Made by a program: the position numbers and the translations under genes
The notes under the pieces: model-generated
Database searches by the model: none
What the model saw: the letters and a program-made list of their open reading frames with translations, nothing else
Told to the model about the DNA's origin: nothing
Assembly: GCA_965221775.1 (NCBI GenBank)
Contig: CBDCSU010000006.1
Location: forward strand, 96,001-160,000
Source of the DNA: Candidatus Latescibacterota bacterium
Lineage (GTDB): Bacteria > Latescibacterota > UBA2968 > UBA8231
Direction: 5' to 3'
DNA length: 64,000 nt
In this document: positions 18,392 through 27,677 of the stretch, one piece after another
Layout: the number at the start of each line of letters is the position of its first letter
Numbering within the stretch: position 1 is the first letter of the stretch

Positions 18392-20137
18392 CTACTCGTA
18401 CAGCTCCACCGCCGTCTCGCCGCGGGCGAAGCGCTGCGCCGTGGCCGCCGCCGACTGGCTGCCGATCCGGCGGCGCGTGTCCGCCGCCCAGCGCGACAGT
18501 CCCACGAGGAGCTGGTTGCGCGCCGGGTGGCCGGCGCAGCGCTCCCACTCGTCGAAGGCGGTGCGCAGGGTGTGCAGCAGATCCCAGCCGTTGTCGTCGT
18601 TGAGGATCACCCGGCCCAGCTCGCGCAGCAGGCGGTCGCCGTCGTGGCCGGCGTTGAGGTAGTCCCGCGTCATGCGGCCGATGCGGCGCACCTGGATCGA
18701 CTCGATGGCCTCGACGATCCGCTCGAGGGCGGCCTCCTCCTCCCCGGGGGCGCCGTTGCCCGAGGCGGCGTCCGCCTCGGCGAGCCGGCGCTGGGGGATG
18801 TTGAGCCAGCGGTCGTCGAAGAACTGCCAGGCCGCGTGGTAGAGCGCCTTGCGCGCCGCCCCCGCCCCGGCGCGGCGGTTGACGGTGCGCACCGCCGAGG
18901 CCAGGGACATCTCCCAGGCCAGGTCCCCCCACCCCGGGCTCATGCCCACGGGGGTGCGCGCCATGCGGTCGGCGGCGAGCATCACCATCGAGGTGGCCAG
19001 CTGCTCGACGCCGGCTCCTTCCTCCAGGGCCCGGGTCACGGCGTCGAAGGTGGTGCGCACGTTGCCGCTGACCAGCCCCTCGACGAAGGCCGCCTCGTCG
19101 TAGTCGCCGGCGGCGTCGTCCGGATCGTCGGGGACCGGCGTCTCCGCGAAGATGTCCATCGCCTCGCGCAGGGCGTCGCCGGGCACGCCCCGGCCGCGGC
19201 CGAGCATCTTCGCCGCCGTGTTGCAGACCAGCTCCTCGCTGATCCCCCATCCGAACTCGTCGAGCAGCTCGATGAGACAGCCGAGGTTGCGCAGGTTGTC
19301 GCGCACGGCGATGAAGTGGGGGGCCACGGCGCACTCGAAGAGCAGGGGCGGGATGTCGTCGTCGCGGCCGCCCTGGCCGCGGAGGGTGAGGAGGCACTTC
19401 TCGATCCCCTCCCACATCTTGTCCTCGGAGAAGTAGCGCACCCAGCCGGCGAGCTTGTCGTACGGGACCGTGTCCCCCTCGGAGACCCCGGGCAGGGCCC
19501 GCAGGGGCGGCCGGTCCCCGGCCCGCCCCGAAGCGGCGGTGGCGGCCATCATCAGGGGGATCAGCCGCTCCTCCGGCTCGTAGCGCCGGGCCACGGCGAG
19601 ACCGTTGACGAACTGGGCCACCTCGTTGCCCGCCTGGCGCGCGTCGAGCTGCGTCGCCGCGTAGCGGCCCATGTGGCGCACCAGCTTCTCGAGGGTCTCC
19701 CTCTCGGAGACGCCGCGGGCCAGGAGGATGGCGATCGCCTTGGAGAGGGTCCAGCTGTCGCCGTTGTTCAGGCCCTCCTCCAGCAGCAGGAAGTGGGCGT
19801 CGTCCCGCCGGGAGCCGCCGCTGCTCACGTCCACGTGGATCCCGCCGTCCCGCACCTCCACCGGATAGGTGTCGAGGTCGTCGCAGCCGCCGGTGAAGCA
19901 GCCGCCGCCGCCCAGGTCGTAGCTGTACCCGTGCCAGTCGCAGGTCAGCACGCCGTCGCGCACGATGCCGCGGGTGAGGGGGTAGCCCATGTGGGGACAC
20001 TGGTTGTCGGTGGCGTAGTAGCGGCCCTGGTGCTCGAAGAGGGCCACGCTCCGCCCCTCGACGCGGACCGCTCTCGGCTGCCCCTCGACGACCTCGTCGA
20101 CTGACGCGACCCTTACGAAGTCTGCATTCGTGCTCAT
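18392..20137 (-). CDS. Rieske [2Fe-2S] ferredoxin domain fused to a large helical domain, paralogue 2
   Basis: N-terminal CPHMGYPL...CDWHG Rieske ligands; ATG overlaps upstream stop (ATGA). Confidence 0.85.
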   Translation of the reverse strand: MSTNADFVRVASVDEVVEGQPRAVRVEGRSVALFEHQGRYYATDNQCPHMGYPLTRGIVRDGVLTCDWHGYSYDLGGGGCFTGGCDDLDTYPVEVRDGGIHVDVSSGGSRRDDAHFLLLEEGLNNGDSWTLSKAIAILLARGVSERETLEKLVRHMGRYAATQLDARQAGNEVAQFVNGLAVARRYEPEERLIPLMMAATAASGRAGDRPPLRALPGVSEGDTVPYDKLAGWVRYFSEDKMWEGIEKCLLTLRGQGGRDDDIPPLLFECAVAPHFIAVRDNLRNLGCLIELLDEFGWGISEELVCNTAAKMLGRGRGVPGDALREAMDIFAETPVPDDPDDAAGDYDEAAFVEGLVSGNVRTTFDAVTRALEEGAGVEQLATSMVMLAADRMARTPVGMSPGWGDLAWEMSLASAVRTVNRRAGAGAARKALYHAAWQFFDDRWLNIPQRRLAEADAASGNGAPGEEEAALERIVEAIESIQVRRIGRMTRDYLNAGHDGDRLLRELGRVILNDDNGWDLLHTLRTAFDEWERCAGHPARNQLLVGLSRWAADTRRRIGSQSAAATAQRFARGETAVELYE

Positions 20138-21915
20138 GGCTGGGCCGGCTCCTCGTCGGCGAATACGTCGATGGTGGTGAGGCCCTCGGCGAAGCGCAGG
20201 GCCGTGGTCGTCGCCGCGCCGCTGGCCTTGCTGGTGCGCACGTCGGTGGCGTACCTCGCCAGCCCCGCCACCAGTTGCGCCGCCGCCGGGTGGCCGGCGC
20301 CGAGGGCCGCGTCCCCGCCCCGGGTGCCGGCGAACTCGTCGACCACCGTGGACAGCGTCGGCAGCAGGCGGGCGCCGGTGTCGTTCCACAGGATCAGCAC
20401 CCCCAGCCGGTGCAGCAGCCGGTCGGCGTCGAGTCCGGCGGCCAGGTAGGCGGCGGCGCTGTCGCCGGCGGCGTGGACGTCCAGGGTCTGAACCGCCCGG
20501 GCCACCTCCTCGACCCCTTCCCCGGCCGAGGAGGCCGACGGCGCCGCCTCCGGCGGCTCCGACAGGGGCCGGGCGGGGATGTTGAGCCAGCGGTCGGCGA
20601 AGAGGTGCCAGGCCGCGTGGAACAACCCCATGGCGGCGACCCGGGGGCCGCCGATGCGCAGCGCCGTGCGCAGCGACCGCGCCAGGTCCAGCTCGAGGGT
20701 GAGGCAGTTCCAGCCGGCGTCGACGTTGACGGGGGTGCGCGCCATGCGGTCGGCGGCGATCAGCAGGAAGGTGGTGATCAGCCGCTGCAGGGAGACCCCG
20801 GATTGCAGCACCCCGGCCAGGGAGCTGAAGGACCGCTCCAGATCGCCGCTGAGCAGGTCCGCCGCCAGGGCGTCCTCGTCGAACTCGAGCCCCTGCCCGG
20901 GAGACTCCGCCGCCTGATCGATGACGCCGGCGAGATCCCGCATCTTGCGGATGGCGTCGCGGCGGAACAGCTCCGGCTCGCCGCGCCCCTGGCCCACGGT
21001 GCGGGACCCGAGGTTGAGGACCAGCTCCGACGACGCCTCCCAGCCGAAGCGGTCCACCGCGTCGGCCAGGCAGGCGAGGGTGACCAGGTTCTCGCCGAAG
21101 CCGAGGAACCCCGGCTGCACGGCGCACTCGAAGAGCAGCGGCAGGATGCGCTCCGTGTCGCCGCGGGAACGGGCCGTGAACAGGCAGCGCTCGATGCGGT
21201 TGGCCTGGCCGTTGCGCGAGAACACGCGCACCCAGTCCTCGATGCGCTCCTGGGTGACCGGCTCGGGCAGGGGCACCACCCGCAGCCGCGAAGCCGCCCC
21301 GCCCGAGGCGGCGGTGGCCGCCGTGGCCAGGCAGGCGAGCTGATCGGCGCCGTCGTAGCGGTCGGCCACCGCCAGGCCGCCCACCAGGCGCCCCAGGTCG
21401 GTGCCCGCCTCGTCGCCGCCGGAGCTGGCCACGCGGCGGCCGAAGTGGCGCAGCACCACGGCCACGACTTCCTCCCGCGGCACCCCGCCCCGGGACAGCA
21501 GGGCCAGGGCCTTGGAGATCGTCCAGCGGTCCTGATGAAGGAGCCCCTCGCGCAGCAGCTCCAGGTGCACCTCCTTGCGCCGGTAGCCCTCCTCCTCCAC
21601 CTGGATCCACACCTGGTCTCCGCCGCGGATCTCCACCGGGAAGACGGCCAGGTCGTCGCACATGTTGTTGAAGCAGCCGCCGCCCTCGAGGTCGAAGCGC
21701 CGGCCGTGCCAGTCGCAGGTGACGACGCCGTTGCGCACGACGCCGCGGGTGAGGGGGTAGCCCATGTGGGGGCACTGGTTGTCGGTGGCGTAGATGCGCC
21801 CGGCCTCGTTGAAGAGGGCGACGCTGCGCCCCTCCTCGCCGAGACGAACCGCCTTGGCCTGGCCGGGCTCGATCTCCCCGACGGCGGCGACCTGCATCCA
21901 GCCGTTCTCGTTCAC
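20134..21915 (-). CDS. Rieske [2Fe-2S] ferredoxin domain fused to a large helical domain, paralogue 1
   Basis: CPHMGYPL...CDWHG; shares AADRMARTPV, DRWLNIP and RFA.G motifs with the neighbour. Confidence 0.85.
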   Translation of the reverse strand: MNENGWMQVAAVGEIEPGQAKAVRLGEEGRSVALFNEAGRIYATDNQCPHMGYPLTRGVVRNGVVTCDWHGRRFDLEGGGCFNNMCDDLAVFPVEIRGGDQVWIQVEEEGYRRKEVHLELLREGLLHQDRWTISKALALLSRGGVPREEVVAVVLRHFGRRVASSGGDEAGTDLGRLVGGLAVADRYDGADQLACLATAATAASGGAASRLRVVPLPEPVTQERIEDWVRVFSRNGQANRIERCLFTARSRGDTERILPLLFECAVQPGFLGFGENLVTLACLADAVDRFGWEASSELVLNLGSRTVGQGRGEPELFRRDAIRKMRDLAGVIDQAAESPGQGLEFDEDALAADLLSGDLERSFSSLAGVLQSGVSLQRLITTFLLIAADRMARTPVNVDAGWNCLTLELDLARSLRTALRIGGPRVAAMGLFHAAWHLFADRWLNIPARPLSEPPEAAPSASSAGEGVEEVARAVQTLDVHAAGDSAAAYLAAGLDADRLLHRLGVLILWNDTGARLLPTLSTVVDEFAGTRGGDAALGAGHPAAAQLVAGLARYATDVRTSKASGAATTTALRFAEGLTTIDVFADEEPAQP

Positions 21916-21942
21916 TCTTCTTCCTTTCCTCTCAGTCTCCGC

Positions 21943-24765
21943 TCAGTGGGCGTCGAGCCAGGTCTCGCCGGTGCCCATCTCCACCACGATGGGCACCTCC
22001 ATGGGGATCGCTTCCTTCATCTCCCGCTCCACCACCTCCCGCACCTCCTCCTCCTCCTCGCGGTGGAGGTCGAAGAGCAGCTCGTCGTGGACCTGCAGCA
22101 GCATGCGCGTCTTCCAGCCGCGCTCCACCTGCTGCCGGTGGATGGCGACCATGGCGCGCTTGATCATGTCCGCCGCCGTGCCCTGGATCGGCGAGTTGAT
22201 GGCGTTGCGCTCGGCGGCGGCGCGCACCGCCCGGTTGCGGGAGTGGATGTCCTTCAGGTAGCGGCGGCGGCCGAGCATCGTCTCCACGTACCCGTGCTCC
22301 TTGCAGAACTCGATCGTCTCGTCCATGTAGCGGCGCACGCCGGGGTACTCCTCGAAGTACTGCTCGATGAACTGCTGCCCCAGCTTGCGCGGCAGGCCCA
22401 GCCGCTCCGACAGGCCGAAGGCGGAGATGCCGTAGATGATGCCGAAGTTCACCGTCTTCGCCTGGCGCCGCATCTCGTCGTCGACCATCTCCTCCGGCAC
22501 CCCCCAGATGCGCGACGCCGTCACCGCGTGGATGTCCTCCTCCTCGCGGAAGGCGCGGGTCATGCGCTCGTCGCCGCAGATCTCGGCGATGATGCGCAGC
22601 TCGATCTGCGAGTAGTCGGCGGCCAGCAGGGTGTACTCGGGGCCGCCGGGGACGAAGGCCTTGCGGATCTCGCGCCCCTGCTCGGTGCGGATCGGGATGT
22701 TCTGCAGGTTCGGGCCGCTCGACTGCATGCGGCCGGTGGCGGCCACGGCCTGCTCGTAGTGGGTGTGGACCCGGCCGGTGCCGGGGAAGATCGCCCCCGG
22801 GAGCATGTCGAGGTAGGTCGACTTGAGCTTGGTGCACAGCCTGTGATCGAGGATCCGGGCGGCGATCTCGTGCTCGTGGGAGAGCCGCGTGAGGACCATC
22901 TCGTCGGTCTTGTACTGCTTCGACTTGGAGGTGCGGCGGGCGTTGGGGTCGAGCTGCAGCTTCTCGAAGAGGATGTTGCCGAGCTGCTGGGGCGAGTTGA
23001 GGTTGAAGGGCTCCCCCGCCAGCTCCTCGATCCGTTGCGCCGCCGACTCGATGCGCGCCGCCAGCTCGTCGGAGATCGTCTTGAGGATGGCCGGGTCGAC
23101 GCGGATGCCGGCGTGCTCCATGGCGGCCAGCACCGGGATCAGGGGCGCCTCGACCTCCTCGTACAGCCGCATCTGCCCCGACTCCTCGAGCATCGGCTCG
23201 AGCTTGAGGCTCAGCTGCAGGGCCACGTCGGCGTCCTCCGCGGCGTACTCCGTCAGCTCCTCAAGCGGCACCTCGCGCATGCTGCGCTGGTCCTCGCCGC
23301 GCTCGCCGATCAGGTCGGCGATGGGCACCGGCTTGTACCCGAGCAGGGCCTGGGAGAGGTAGTCGAGGGAGCGGCGCAGGTCGGGCACGGCGAGGAAGGC
23401 GGCCACCATGGTGTCGAAGAGGCGGCCCCGCACCTCGATGCCCTTCCAGCGCAGGGCGACGAGGTCGAACTTGAGGTTGTGGCCGATCTTGGCCACCGCC
23501 GGGTCCTCCAGCAGCGGGCGCAGCTCCTCGAGGACGGCGCGGCCCTCCTCCTCGTCCTCCGGGAAGGGGACGTAGGCCCCCGCGTGCGGCGTGTGGCTCA
23601 CCGCCATCCCCAGCAGCTCGCAGGTGCGCGGGTTGAGGCTCGTCGTCTCCAGGTCGAGGGCGAAGGCGCCGGCCTGCTTCAGCTCGGCGATCAGGGCGGC
23701 GCGGCCGGCGGCGTCCTCCACGGTGCGGTAGTCGTGCTCCACGTCGGCGATGGAGCGCACCTCGTGGGGATCCTCGACGCCGGCGTGGAGGCGCTGCACT
23801 CCGGCCTCGAAGTCGTCGCCGAAGAGGCGCTTGCCGAGGGCGTTGAACTCCAGCTCCGAGAACAGGCCGGTGAGGAGCTTGTCGTCGGCGGGGCCCCGCT
23901 TGAGGGACTCGATCTCGAGCTCCACGGGAACGTCGGTCTCGATCGTCACCAGCCGCTTGGAGAGCCGCGCCTGGTCGGCGTGCTCCTGCAGGACCTGGCG
24001 GCGCTTGCCCTTGATCTCCTCGACGCGGTCGAGGAGCTGCTCCACGGTGTCGAAGTCGGCGAGCAGCTTCTGGGCCGTCTTCTCGCCGATGCCGGGCACG
24101 CCGGGCACGTTGTCGATGGCGTCGCCCATGAGCCCGAAGAGATCGGGGATCTGGTCGATGCGCTCGATCTTCCACTTGGCCAGCACCGCGTCCTGGCCGA
24201 GCAGCTCCGGCGGCCGGCCGGAGCGGCCCGGACGGTAGAGCAGGGTCCGCTCCGACACGAGCTGGGCGAAGTCCTTGTCGGGGGTGACCATGTAGGTCGT
24301 CATGCCCGCCGCCTCGGCGCGGCCCACCAGGGTGCCGATGACGTCGTCGGCCTCCCAGCCGTCGACGCGCACCACGGGGATGTTGAACCCCTCGAGGATG
24401 CGGAAGACGTAGGGCATGGCCATGCCCAGGTCCTCGGGCATGCTCTCGCGCTGGGCCTTGTACTCGGCGAACTCCTCGTGCCGGTGGGTCGGCTCGCCGG
24501 TGTCGAAGACGGCGGCCAGGTGGGTCGGCTCGAAGCGCTCCAGCAGCTCCAGCAGGGTGTTGGTGAAGACGAAGGGCGCCGAGGTGTTCATCCCCCGGGA
24601 GTTGGTCACCGGGTTGTTGATGAGGGCGAAGTGGGCGCGGTAGGCGAGGGCCAGGCCGTCGAGGAGGCAGAGGACGCGGCGGTCGTCGAGGTCGAGCTCT
24701 CCGCTGCGGCCGAGGGCGCGGCCGGCGGCGTCGGAGGGGGCGGCGGCGGTCGTCATGGAGAGCAC
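21943..24765 (-). CDS. polA: DNA polymerase I (start may be ATG at 24756)
   Basis: 5'-3' exonuclease (EADDVIG, DKD, GIGEKTA), 3'-5' exonuclease DLET, polymerase motifs ADYSQIELR, KTVNFGIIYG, QVHDEL. Confidence 0.98.
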   Translation of the reverse strand: MLSMTTAAAPSDAAGRALGRSGELDLDDRRVLCLLDGLALAYRAHFALINNPVTNSRGMNTSAPFVFTNTLLELLERFEPTHLAAVFDTGEPTHRHEEFAEYKAQRESMPEDLGMAMPYVFRILEGFNIPVVRVDGWEADDVIGTLVGRAEAAGMTTYMVTPDKDFAQLVSERTLLYRPGRSGRPPELLGQDAVLAKWKIERIDQIPDLFGLMGDAIDNVPGVPGIGEKTAQKLLADFDTVEQLLDRVEEIKGKRRQVLQEHADQARLSKRLVTIETDVPVELEIESLKRGPADDKLLTGLFSELEFNALGKRLFGDDFEAGVQRLHAGVEDPHEVRSIADVEHDYRTVEDAAGRAALIAELKQAGAFALDLETTSLNPRTCELLGMAVSHTPHAGAYVPFPEDEEEGRAVLEELRPLLEDPAVAKIGHNLKFDLVALRWKGIEVRGRLFDTMVAAFLAVPDLRRSLDYLSQALLGYKPVPIADLIGERGEDQRSMREVPLEELTEYAAEDADVALQLSLKLEPMLEESGQMRLYEEVEAPLIPVLAAMEHAGIRVDPAILKTISDELAARIESAAQRIEELAGEPFNLNSPQQLGNILFEKLQLDPNARRTSKSKQYKTDEMVLTRLSHEHEIAARILDHRLCTKLKSTYLDMLPGAIFPGTGRVHTHYEQAVAATGRMQSSGPNLQNIPIRTEQGREIRKAFVPGGPEYTLLAADYSQIELRIIAEICGDERMTRAFREEEDIHAVTASRIWGVPEEMVDDEMRRQAKTVNFGIIYGISAFGLSERLGLPRKLGQQFIEQYFEEYPGVRRYMDETIEFCKEHGYVETMLGRRRYLKDIHSRNRAVRAAAERNAINSPIQGTAADMIKRAMVAIHRQQVERGWKTRMLLQVHDELLFDLHREEEEEVREVVEREMKEAIPMEVPIVVEMGTGETWLDAH

Positions 24766-24840
24766 CCAACCTAACGACGCCCTCGAACCTCATCAAGCGC
24801 CTTGCCTCCGGGCGCGCAGGCGGCTTGATTGCGCCGCCTG

Positions 24841-25656
24841 ATGAGCAGGAAACCCCCCGATCCCACCGCCCTCGGCCGGGCCTTCCGCCGGCGCCTGCGC
24901 CGCGCCGGCGCCGGGGGGCCGCCAGCCCTCGGGTGCATGGTCTCGGAGTACCTGCGGCCGTCGATGGCGACCCTGCTCGCCGAGGCCGGGTACGACTTCC
25001 TCTTCGTCGAGACCGAGCACGCTTTCCTGCAGACCCCGGAGCTGGCCGGCTTCGTCCACGCCGCCCGCGGCCTGGGCCTGCCGGCGATCGCCAAGACCGA
25101 CCTCGACCGCGGCGAGGTGACCCGCCTCCTCGACGCCGGCCTGTGCGGCCTGCAGCTGCCGCGCACCGAGTCGCCCGAGCAGCTCGCCGAGCTGGCCGAG
25201 TACGCCCTCTTCCCGCCGAAGGGCTCCCGCGCCGGGGCCCCGGGATACGCCAGCAGCGACTACCGGATCCCCGAGGACCACGCCGCCTGGCTGCGGCGGG
25301 CCAACCAGTCCGTCAGCATCGTGGCCCACATCGAGACCGCCGAGGGGTTGCGCAACGCCGCCGCCATCGCCGCCAGCCCCCACGTGGACGTCGTCTACGT
25401 GGGGCCCTACGACTTCTCCATCGCCATGGGCCGCCCCGGCGACTACGACCACCCCGACGTGACCGGCCCCATGAGGCGCATCCTGCGGCTGTGCCGCGAG
25501 CGCCGGGTCTGCTTCGGGACGACGCCCTCCGGCCCCGGGACGGCGCGGGACTGGGTCCGTCGCGGCGCCGGGTTCTTCGAGCTGGGCAGCGAGCTGGAGC
25601 TGTTGGAGCGGGCGGCGCGGGCCGAGGTGGAGGCCTACCGTGGCGGACAGGAGTGA
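24841..25656 (+). CDS. HpcH/HpaI aldolase family protein
   Basis: GYDFLFVETEH, LLDAG, IET.EG, VGPYDFS. Confidence 0.88.
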   Translation: MSRKPPDPTALGRAFRRRLRRAGAGGPPALGCMVSEYLRPSMATLLAEAGYDFLFVETEHAFLQTPELAGFVHAARGLGLPAIAKTDLDRGEVTRLLDAGLCGLQLPRTESPEQLAELAEYALFPPKGSRAGAPGYASSDYRIPEDHAAWLRRANQSVSIVAHIETAEGLRNAAAIAASPHVDVVYVGPYDFSIAMGRPGDYDHPDVTGPMRRILRLCRERRVCFGTTPSGPGTARDWVRRGAGFFELGSELELLERAARAEVEAYRGGQE

Positions 25657-25771
25657 TGGGTCCCCCTTCGGGGTCACGCCTCGAATCAGTCCGCTTGTTC
25701 CGATGAATGTCACATCCCACTAACAAACTCAAATCCCAAATGCGACGATCTGTGAGAGAAAGGGTTGCCTC

Positions 25772-25828
25772 ATGACCGAAACGGAAAAATACCTCTTCGA
25801 TGTCCACGGAGCGGGTCCATGGCGCTGA
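25772..25828 (+). pseudogene. 5' remnant of a PhyH-family gene
   Basis: After a GAGAAAGGG RBS reads MTETEKYLFDVHG (typical PhyH start), then stops after 18 codons. Confidence 0.55.
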
Positions 25829-27351
25829 TGACCGAGGAGCAGAGGTGGGCCTTCGAGCTCGACGGCTATATCCTCCTCCCGAGCCTGCTCGGCGCGCCGG
25901 CAGCGGCGCACGCCACACCCGCCGCTCTGGCTGAGCATCCGGACTTGCTGGCTGCGATTGATCAGCTAGCTGGCGGGGAGTTACCACTGTGGCACCGCGC
26001 TGCGTACGACGGTACTGAAGGGAAGGAACAGGAGTTCCACACGATCAAGTTTGAGCTGGACCGGCCGTCGCGCCGCCTGACCAAAGAGGGGCAGTGGGCC
26101 AATGATCTGACGGTGGATGAGCAGCGCCGGCTGGGCTACGACACGACCAGCCGGCCCGACCGGGTGTGCGTCTGGGGGCTGCGCGCGCTGTGGGCCGTGG
26201 GCGACAGCCGCGCGGTGGTGTGCCCCGCGTCGCACAAAGCCAACGTCCAGCCGCCCCCGAGCATGGCGCGCGCCGAGGAGCTCGGGGCGACGGAGTGCGT
26301 GCAGCTCCGCGCTGGCGACTGTCTGCTCGCGGTTGCCACCACGCTGGTCGGCGCCGCCCCGGGCTCCTCGCTGCAGGAGTGCATCTTTTGCGACGACTCC
26401 CGCTACCCTGGGGGGGCCTTCGGCCACGGCACGACGGGTGTGGACAGCTGGCTGGATGAGCTCGCGCCGGCGCGCCGAGCGCTGGTGTCCGGCCCACCAC
26501 GCGGCCTCGGCCACGACGGCCAGCCCCTCAGCAACGACCAGCAGCTGGCGCCGTCGCTGCTGGGCGTCAACACGCGGCCTGACGCTCCGAACCACGAGGA
26601 GGTGTGGTTCTGGGACCTAAGAGGCTACCTGGTGCTGCCTGGCGTGATGGACCGCGAGTGGTTAGCGCAGTGCAATGCAGCGCTCGACTCGCCCTTCGCC
26701 GAAGCCAACCGTCGGCCGGTGGGCCTTTCGAGCAGTGTCGTGGGCGAGTACCCGAACTACGAGGGCTGTTCTCAGACTATTGCCCCGGCCCCGGGCACGC
26801 GCTGCACCGAAGAGCGCATCTCGCAGACCTGGACCCATCCCTCACCCTTCAGCGACGGCTTTCGACGCATGATCGACAATCCGCTCGTGAACGCGCGGCT
26901 GAAGTGGATGATCGACCCGGGCTTCGTCATGACGACGTGCTACACCATCGTCAGCCGCGACGGGGCGGCCGGCCAGCCCCTTCATGGCGGCTGGTTTTAC
27001 GGCGCCGGCCCTACCTATCACTTCCGGGACGGACAGCCTCGTACGGAGCAGGTGAACATCGGCTGGCTGCTCCAAGACGTCGAGACGGCGACGGGCGACG
27101 GCGGACTGATGTTAGTCCCCGGAAGCCACAAAGCGCGGCTGCCGCTGCCGCGCCCGAAGCAAACCAGCTGCGACCTGCCGCAGGTCAAGCATATGCAGGG
27201 GGTTGCCGGGACGGTGATCATGTACACGGGCACGACGACGCACGGCGTGCGCAGCTGGCGCAACCCCAATCGCGAGCGACGCTTCGTCAACACCAAAGCG
27301 GGACCCAATATACTGCGGCCGGAGCGCGAGGCGGCGCAACCGAGTCCCTGA
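25819..27351 (+). CDS. Tandem-domain PhyH-family Fe/2OG protein
   Basis: Two PhyH starts (EQRWAFELDGY; EEVWFWDLRGY); second domain has LHGG, GGLMLVPGSHKA, THG; atypical codons. Confidence 0.75.
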   Translation: MALMTEEQRWAFELDGYILLPSLLGAPAAAHATPAALAEHPDLLAAIDQLAGGELPLWHRAAYDGTEGKEQEFHTIKFELDRPSRRLTKEGQWANDLTVDEQRRLGYDTTSRPDRVCVWGLRALWAVGDSRAVVCPASHKANVQPPPSMARAEELGATECVQLRAGDCLLAVATTLVGAAPGSSLQECIFCDDSRYPGGAFGHGTTGVDSWLDELAPARRALVSGPPRGLGHDGQPLSNDQQLAPSLLGVNTRPDAPNHEEVWFWDLRGYLVLPGVMDREWLAQCNAALDSPFAEANRRPVGLSSSVVGEYPNYEGCSQTIAPAPGTRCTEERISQTWTHPSPFSDGFRRMIDNPLVNARLKWMIDPGFVMTTCYTIVSRDGAAGQPLHGGWFYGAGPTYHFRDGQPRTEQVNIGWLLQDVETATGDGGLMLVPGSHKARLPLPRPKQTSCDLPQVKHMQGVAGTVIMYTGTTTHGVRSWRNPNRERRFVNTKAGPNILRPEREAAQPSP

Positions 27352-27354
27352 TGA

Positions 27355-27663
27355 CCTTTCGATAGCCTCACCATCCTTCACTACGCAGAGCACATTGCTG
27401 ACGTGCCCGCCAAGAGAACCGAGCGCTATCGGTGGCCGGTCTTGCGTGGTGGCTCGTGCGAATGGATGGAGTTCGAGCAGTTTGACACTTCCGACGGAAT
27501 CGCCGACTGGCCCGGTGGCAGCTATTTCCAGTCCATCACAGGAGAGTACATGGCTTGCAGGAGCTACGCGACGGGACGGGTCGGTGCCGCAGACTCGTAT
27601 CTGTTCAACGCCAGGGATCTGACGGATTTCGCGGTAGCATGGCTGGAAGAACAGTTCGGTTAG
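27355..27663 (+). pseudogene. 3' fragment of an aminoglycoside 3-N-acetyltransferase (AAC(3)) family gene
   Basis: PFDSLTILHYAEHIADVPAKR...EQFDTS...YF..I...GRVGAADSYLFNARDL..FAVAWLEEQFG; no start or N-terminal half. Confidence 0.75.
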
Positions 27664-27677
27664 CAGGGCCAGGTGAC

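Noticed and set aside
15799-21775. Long ORFs (832, 1006, 1127 aa) implying AKR, AmtB or Rieske fusions
   Set aside because: Upstream extensions are R/P/G-rich alternative frames of neighbouring genes, a high-GC artefact; real starts sit at or just after the upstream stops
20275-24774. 1499-aa plus-strand ORF
   Set aside because: Antisense shadow of polA and the Rieske gene; no motifs
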